Assembly (NCBI RefSeq): GCF_009914755.1 | Contig: NC_060925.1 | Direction: 5' to 3' (one strand) | DNA from: the human T2T-CHM13v2.0 reference genome, Homo sapiens | DNA length: 64,000 nucleotides | Part shown: positions 58,991 to 64,000 of the stretch, piece after piece | Layout: every line of letters begins with the position of its first letter | Numbering within the stretch: position 1 is the stretch's first letter | Program-made: the position numbers and the translations under genes | The notes under the pieces: generated by a model | Told to the model about the DNA's origin: nothing | What the model saw: only the letters and a program-made list of their open reading frames with translations | The model's database searches: none

Positions 58991-59164
58991 AAGGAGACTA
59001 TTCTTACCAATACCAGTTGAGGCCCCAGGAGTACTAAATGCTGAAGATGCAGAAGTTGAGAGTAATTGGAGGACTCAGCAAAGGTTTAGAGTTGGCCTGC
59101 GACTTTAGTTGGAATGAGGTGAAAATTATAATTGCCACCCAACCAGTGGGGAGTGGGAAGATTA

Positions 59165-59350
59165 CTAAACTTGGAGTCAGCTGACCTGATTTAGAACTCA
59201 CTCCACTACTAATTAGCTTTGTGACCTTACAGAGATTGCATAGCCTCTAGCCTCAGTTTTCCTCTCTATAAAATGGGTATAGCTCCTGACTGATCTACCT
59301 TACTGGGATGTAATGACAATGAGAAAATATGAAGAGCAGAATGCTTTAAA
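59165..59350 (+). mobile_element. MIR
   Basis: tggagtcag...tgtgacctt...gcctcagttttcctctctataaaatggg. Confidence 0.7.
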
Positions 59351-59659
59351 CATGTGGTCTTTGATAAGTGGAATTATGACCACGTGAAGTCATTCCCAGA
59401 AGCAAGAGTCTCTCCCAAATTCTTTAGATTTTTTTTTTAGCATCTTTTTCTTCCGTCTTACTAGGACTCTAATGAGGATGCCTATGAGTATAATACATGG
59501 AACAGTTCCCAGCTTAGAATATATCTCTGATTTTTACTTAAATTCGTCATTGCCCATATTCAGGTTTCTATTCAGTCCAAATTATATGCTAATGAGGATG
59601 GCATATTTATACATTCCTGGTTCGGATAGCAATTTACATAAAAATAGACCACTTTTTAA

Positions 59660-59964
<305 letters not shown>

Positions 59965-60081
59965 AAACATGATTTTTTTAAAAAGCAATTTTGTTCATTT
60001 AACCTTTCCTCCCTGACAACTTTGTGCCAGCCACTATGCTGGGTGCTGGAGAAACAGACAAAACCCTAAGGAGCTGACGGC

Positions 60082-60510
60082 TATGTATGTATGTATGTAT
60101 TTATTTATTTATTTATTTATTTATTCATTCATTCATTCAACAAACTCTAATGAGCACTTCCCAGATGCCAGGCAAAGTTCTGGGTACTGGCGATAGAATA
60201 GTGAGCAGTAAGGCAGACCGTAGTCCCTGCATTTAGGAGCTATGTTTTCTTACAATGAAAACAGATCAATCAATGTTAGCCAATACTTTAAATATATTAT
60301 TTCAAACCATGAGAAATATGAGAGGGGATAATGCAGGAGGATGCAGTCTGGTTGAGGAGGCAGAAGGCAGCAAGTAACTGTGATACCAGGTCATATGTGC
60401 AGTAACTGAAAGCCAGCAAGCAGGGGCCATACTTTGAGTGGTCCTGGAGAGCTTCCTAGAGGAGGCAGCATTTTCTTTAGGGCTTTGAAGAGAAACTAAG
60501 AGTTTTCCAG
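60082..60510 (-). mobile_element. L2 3' end with (TATG)n(TATT)n(CATT)n tail microsatellite
   Basis: cattcattcaacaaac...tgagcac...tgccaggca...ctgggtactgg. Confidence 0.75.
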
Positions 60511-61599
60511 AGGGACAAGAGCTTATTTGAGGAAAGAGGGGGAAGTTTTTCCCAATTGAGAGGTTCTGTGTCATCTTCCAACTTCTCTGCCTAGACCCAT
60601 CATCACTGTGCCTTCATCAGTCACACAGACTTCATATCTAAGACAGAATCCTCTGAGACAAACAACTGAATGAATTTTTCACTGCTATCTGGAGGAATCC
60701 TATCTGGAGGTCTTTGATAGTGCCACTGGCTTGTTTGCTCTGGACCTGGGTGTCAGTGTCAGCTCACGTTTAGTTCATGGAATAATAGACTGTCTTTCAG
60801 CTGTCCTTGCCCTTGCCATTGAAGCAGAATCGAATAATTCTACACTTGTGGAGCATGTGTAGGATGTGAGAATTCATCCTCAGCCTAACTTTCTTGGGAT
60901 GCTTCAGGAATTTCCTAGAAATGCTCAATTCTTGGACGTTTACATCTTAGGAAACCTTTATCCCATAAAGGCTCTGACTCATGATTGGGTAAGAAATATT
61001 GAAAAAGAAAGAATATCAAATATCCCTCCCACACACATGCATATGTACACACATACAAAACAGTCTGGCCACTGGTCCTTAAGTATTGAGCATAATCAAG
61101 GAATGCTTGATGTAACCCATGGACTTACAAAGGATATATAGCAAGTATGAATTTCCTCACGAACCAGTTTTCCTACTTAGTGTATTGTTGCAGGTGCCAT
61201 TCGAATAATGGATGAGTTATTCAAAAGAGGGGAGAAGAGGAAAGTTGTGTACCCACCTCTGATTTCCTGGGTACTGAGCTGGGTGCTTTACAGGTGTTTT
61301 CTTTGTTATCTTATTTACTCTGCCAGTTACCCTGAAAGACTGATGGTGACATGACCATTTTTCTGATGTGTGCATATGTTCAGGGAGGGAAAGTGCCTGT
61401 CCTAAGTCAGTCAGTAAGTAGTGGAGCAGAAATTCAAACCCAGCTCTGGCTGGCTATACAGCCACTCCTCCCTAGACTAAATGTAAATCTAAAGAGCTGG
61501 GTACTTTCTACAAGCTTGAAAATCAAGTTCCCATTTGGAATGGTCATTTCCTATAAAGAAGAGCTGCTAATGAGGTTCCCCAGCCTCCAGGGAAGTTAA

Positions 61600-61904
61600 T
61601 TTTATTGTATTTATTTATTTATTTATTTTGAGAGGGTCTGGCTTTGTCACTCATGTTACAGTTCAGTGGCGCCATCTCCGCTCATTGCCACCTCTGCCTC
61701 CCAGCCTCAAGCAATCCTCCCACCTCAGCCTCCAAGCAGCTGGGACTGCAGGTGCATGCCACCATGCTCAGCTAATTTTTTTTTTGTAGAGGCCGGGTTT
61801 TGCCGTGTTGTCCAGGCTGTTTTCTAACTCCTGGGCTCAAGCAATCCACCCACCTCAGCCTCCCAAACTGCTGGGACTATGGGTGTGAGCCACCATGCCT
61901 AGTC
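61600..61904 (-). mobile_element. AluJ
   Basis: Reverse Alu with (TTTA)n tail. Confidence 0.9.
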
Positions 61905-62480
61905 TTGCTTTTAGACATATCTATATATATTTTCCCCATATTTACTCATCATATGGTGATAGTTTTGTCCAATTATAAGTTTCTAGGGGCCAGGGGATTT
62001 TATCCAAGTGCAGCATATGTGGAACTTAGTAATGATCTTTTGATGATGACAAAAAATAGCTGATAGGATACCACTGTAAGAGCTAATATAGCTGTACAGC
62101 TTTGGACATACCATATTTATGCTGTGTCATGTCACACACAGAGCCCTTCAGATTAGGTTAAATCATGTCACCTGAAACATAACAGGTACATAAAATGGAA
62201 GCAAATCCACCAGCAAGTATTTATTCATTGCCTACTATGTGCCAAGAAATTCTGTTAATCACTAAAAACATAACAAAAGACAACCTATTCCCATTCCACA
62301 CTATGATTAACTTGTAATAGAATTGGATATTTAACAGTTATTGGGGAATAACAGTAGCTGGAAATAGGAAGCAAGCAAGTCAGAAATGTAAGGGAAGATT
62401 TATGCCCAGGTCAAGGAGCAGCACGTTAGGAGCGCAGTGAGTGTGGGAAACTCATGGAAGTTCAAATGTAGACTGCATCA

Positions 62481-62806
<326 letters not shown>

Positions 62807-64000
62807 TCAGGTAGAAGGGAGACTTTCAGGTATGAAGGAGGAAGGAGAAGAACCCTGGGCCTGAGATAAATCTTGAAGAGAATTGATGGGGCAGTGGATC
62901 AATAGGTAATGTATAAAGAAATCGGAACATATGGCCCATCCCACTCTGTCATCTTCACCGTCCTCCTGGGCCCCCATTCTCGTGGCTGTGCGGGCAGTTG
63001 CCCCAGTGCATGCACACACGGTCCTGCCTGTGTGCATGTGTGCATGTGTGAAACTGTTATTTTTCCGGCTTGGAACATTTTCCCATGGATTATTTTAAAT
63101 AGTTCTATAAGACTATACTAGACTATCAAGTTTTGATTTTGGTGATCTGCCAACTGTACGATTTTAAAAATAGGTTTTTAACAGCTTTAAAACAGAAGTA
63201 GTATTTCTGCCAGCGGGTGGAATTGTGGCTCAAAGGCCCTGAAGGAGAACACATACTTGGGATTTATTCCTGGGTGCCATGGGTTTCTGGAATTTTGCCC
63301 CTAGACACAGTGGCGAAGACAGCAGAGGGTGTTCCAGGGTACACATCCTAGACCCTGCTCCTATTTATTCCCTCTGATACGTGGTTGAAAAGCAGTGCTT
63401 GAGTGGTTAATCAGATCCCTGGAAATGGATGCCTCACTCTTGTCTGGAAAAAGTTCCCTAATGAAATCTCTTGTTTACATTATGCTACACATTCATGTTC
63501 TGGAAGTTTTTGCCACTTCTTCCCATTTCCTATATTATATATGTATTTGGTGCCCATAATTGGTACTGTTTTTCCCCCATTTAAGCTTCTCTCTTCCTAA
63601 ATTCTAGATAAACATCCTTGTAGTTTCCAGGCCCTGGGTTGCCAACTCAGATTCCCATGCTTGCTGTCACTGAGTGCTTATCTTGGGATCCTTCTTCCAG
63701 AACCCAGAGCTCCTTACGTCAACCCCACCGGAATGGGTCCCCAATATATGGGATTCATGCCGAACAACTTTGCAGACACCTTCTAGGCTAGTGTTGAGCT
63801 GACCCTGGGGAAGATTGTAGTTGCCTTTCCCTGGAAAGGCGGCTCTCTGAGTGAGAAAACTTCATAAAGACTACTCTTCTCAGTGCTCATAATGTGTTTT
63901 GGAATTATTACCTTTGCAGTATATGAGCAGTATGTTAATTTATTAATTTTCCTTGTCCCATTATTAAAAGGGTCCTCCTCTCTCACTCTTATGAATTAAG

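Noticed and set aside
59469-59601. ctaatgaggatg repeated 120 bp apart
   Set aside because: Only 12 bp; compatible with chance in 64 kb.

Overview
Human (primate) genomic DNA lying inside the NAV1 (neuron navigator 1) gene on the + strand; almost the whole window is intron. It holds two internal coding exons (28601-28703 and 34174-34539) and a CpG-island internal promoter with a short alternative first coding exon (ATG 55804, donor 55856/55857) whose phase matches the 34174-34539 exon. It also holds an intronic miRNA hairpin (MIR5191, about 35284-35419), a U6 snRNA retropseudogene, a 36/37-bp minisatellite with higher-order structure, a 5'-truncated sense L1PA, older L1M/L2/CR1/MIR/LTR/DNA-transposon fragments and about 25 Alus. 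Nearly all ORFs in the supplied track are repeat-derived or chance. I cannot support a genuinely new biological system here. The best leads are a candidate recursive (AG|GT) splice site, a stack of three retroelements inserted serially at one target site, three local 'doublet' duplications 1.7-2.1 kb apart, near-perfect RFX X-boxes, a tiny uORF in front of the short-isoform start, and a sense-strand GAA/GAG purine tract. Gene and repeat-family names come from recognition, not a database search, and repeat boundaries are approximate.
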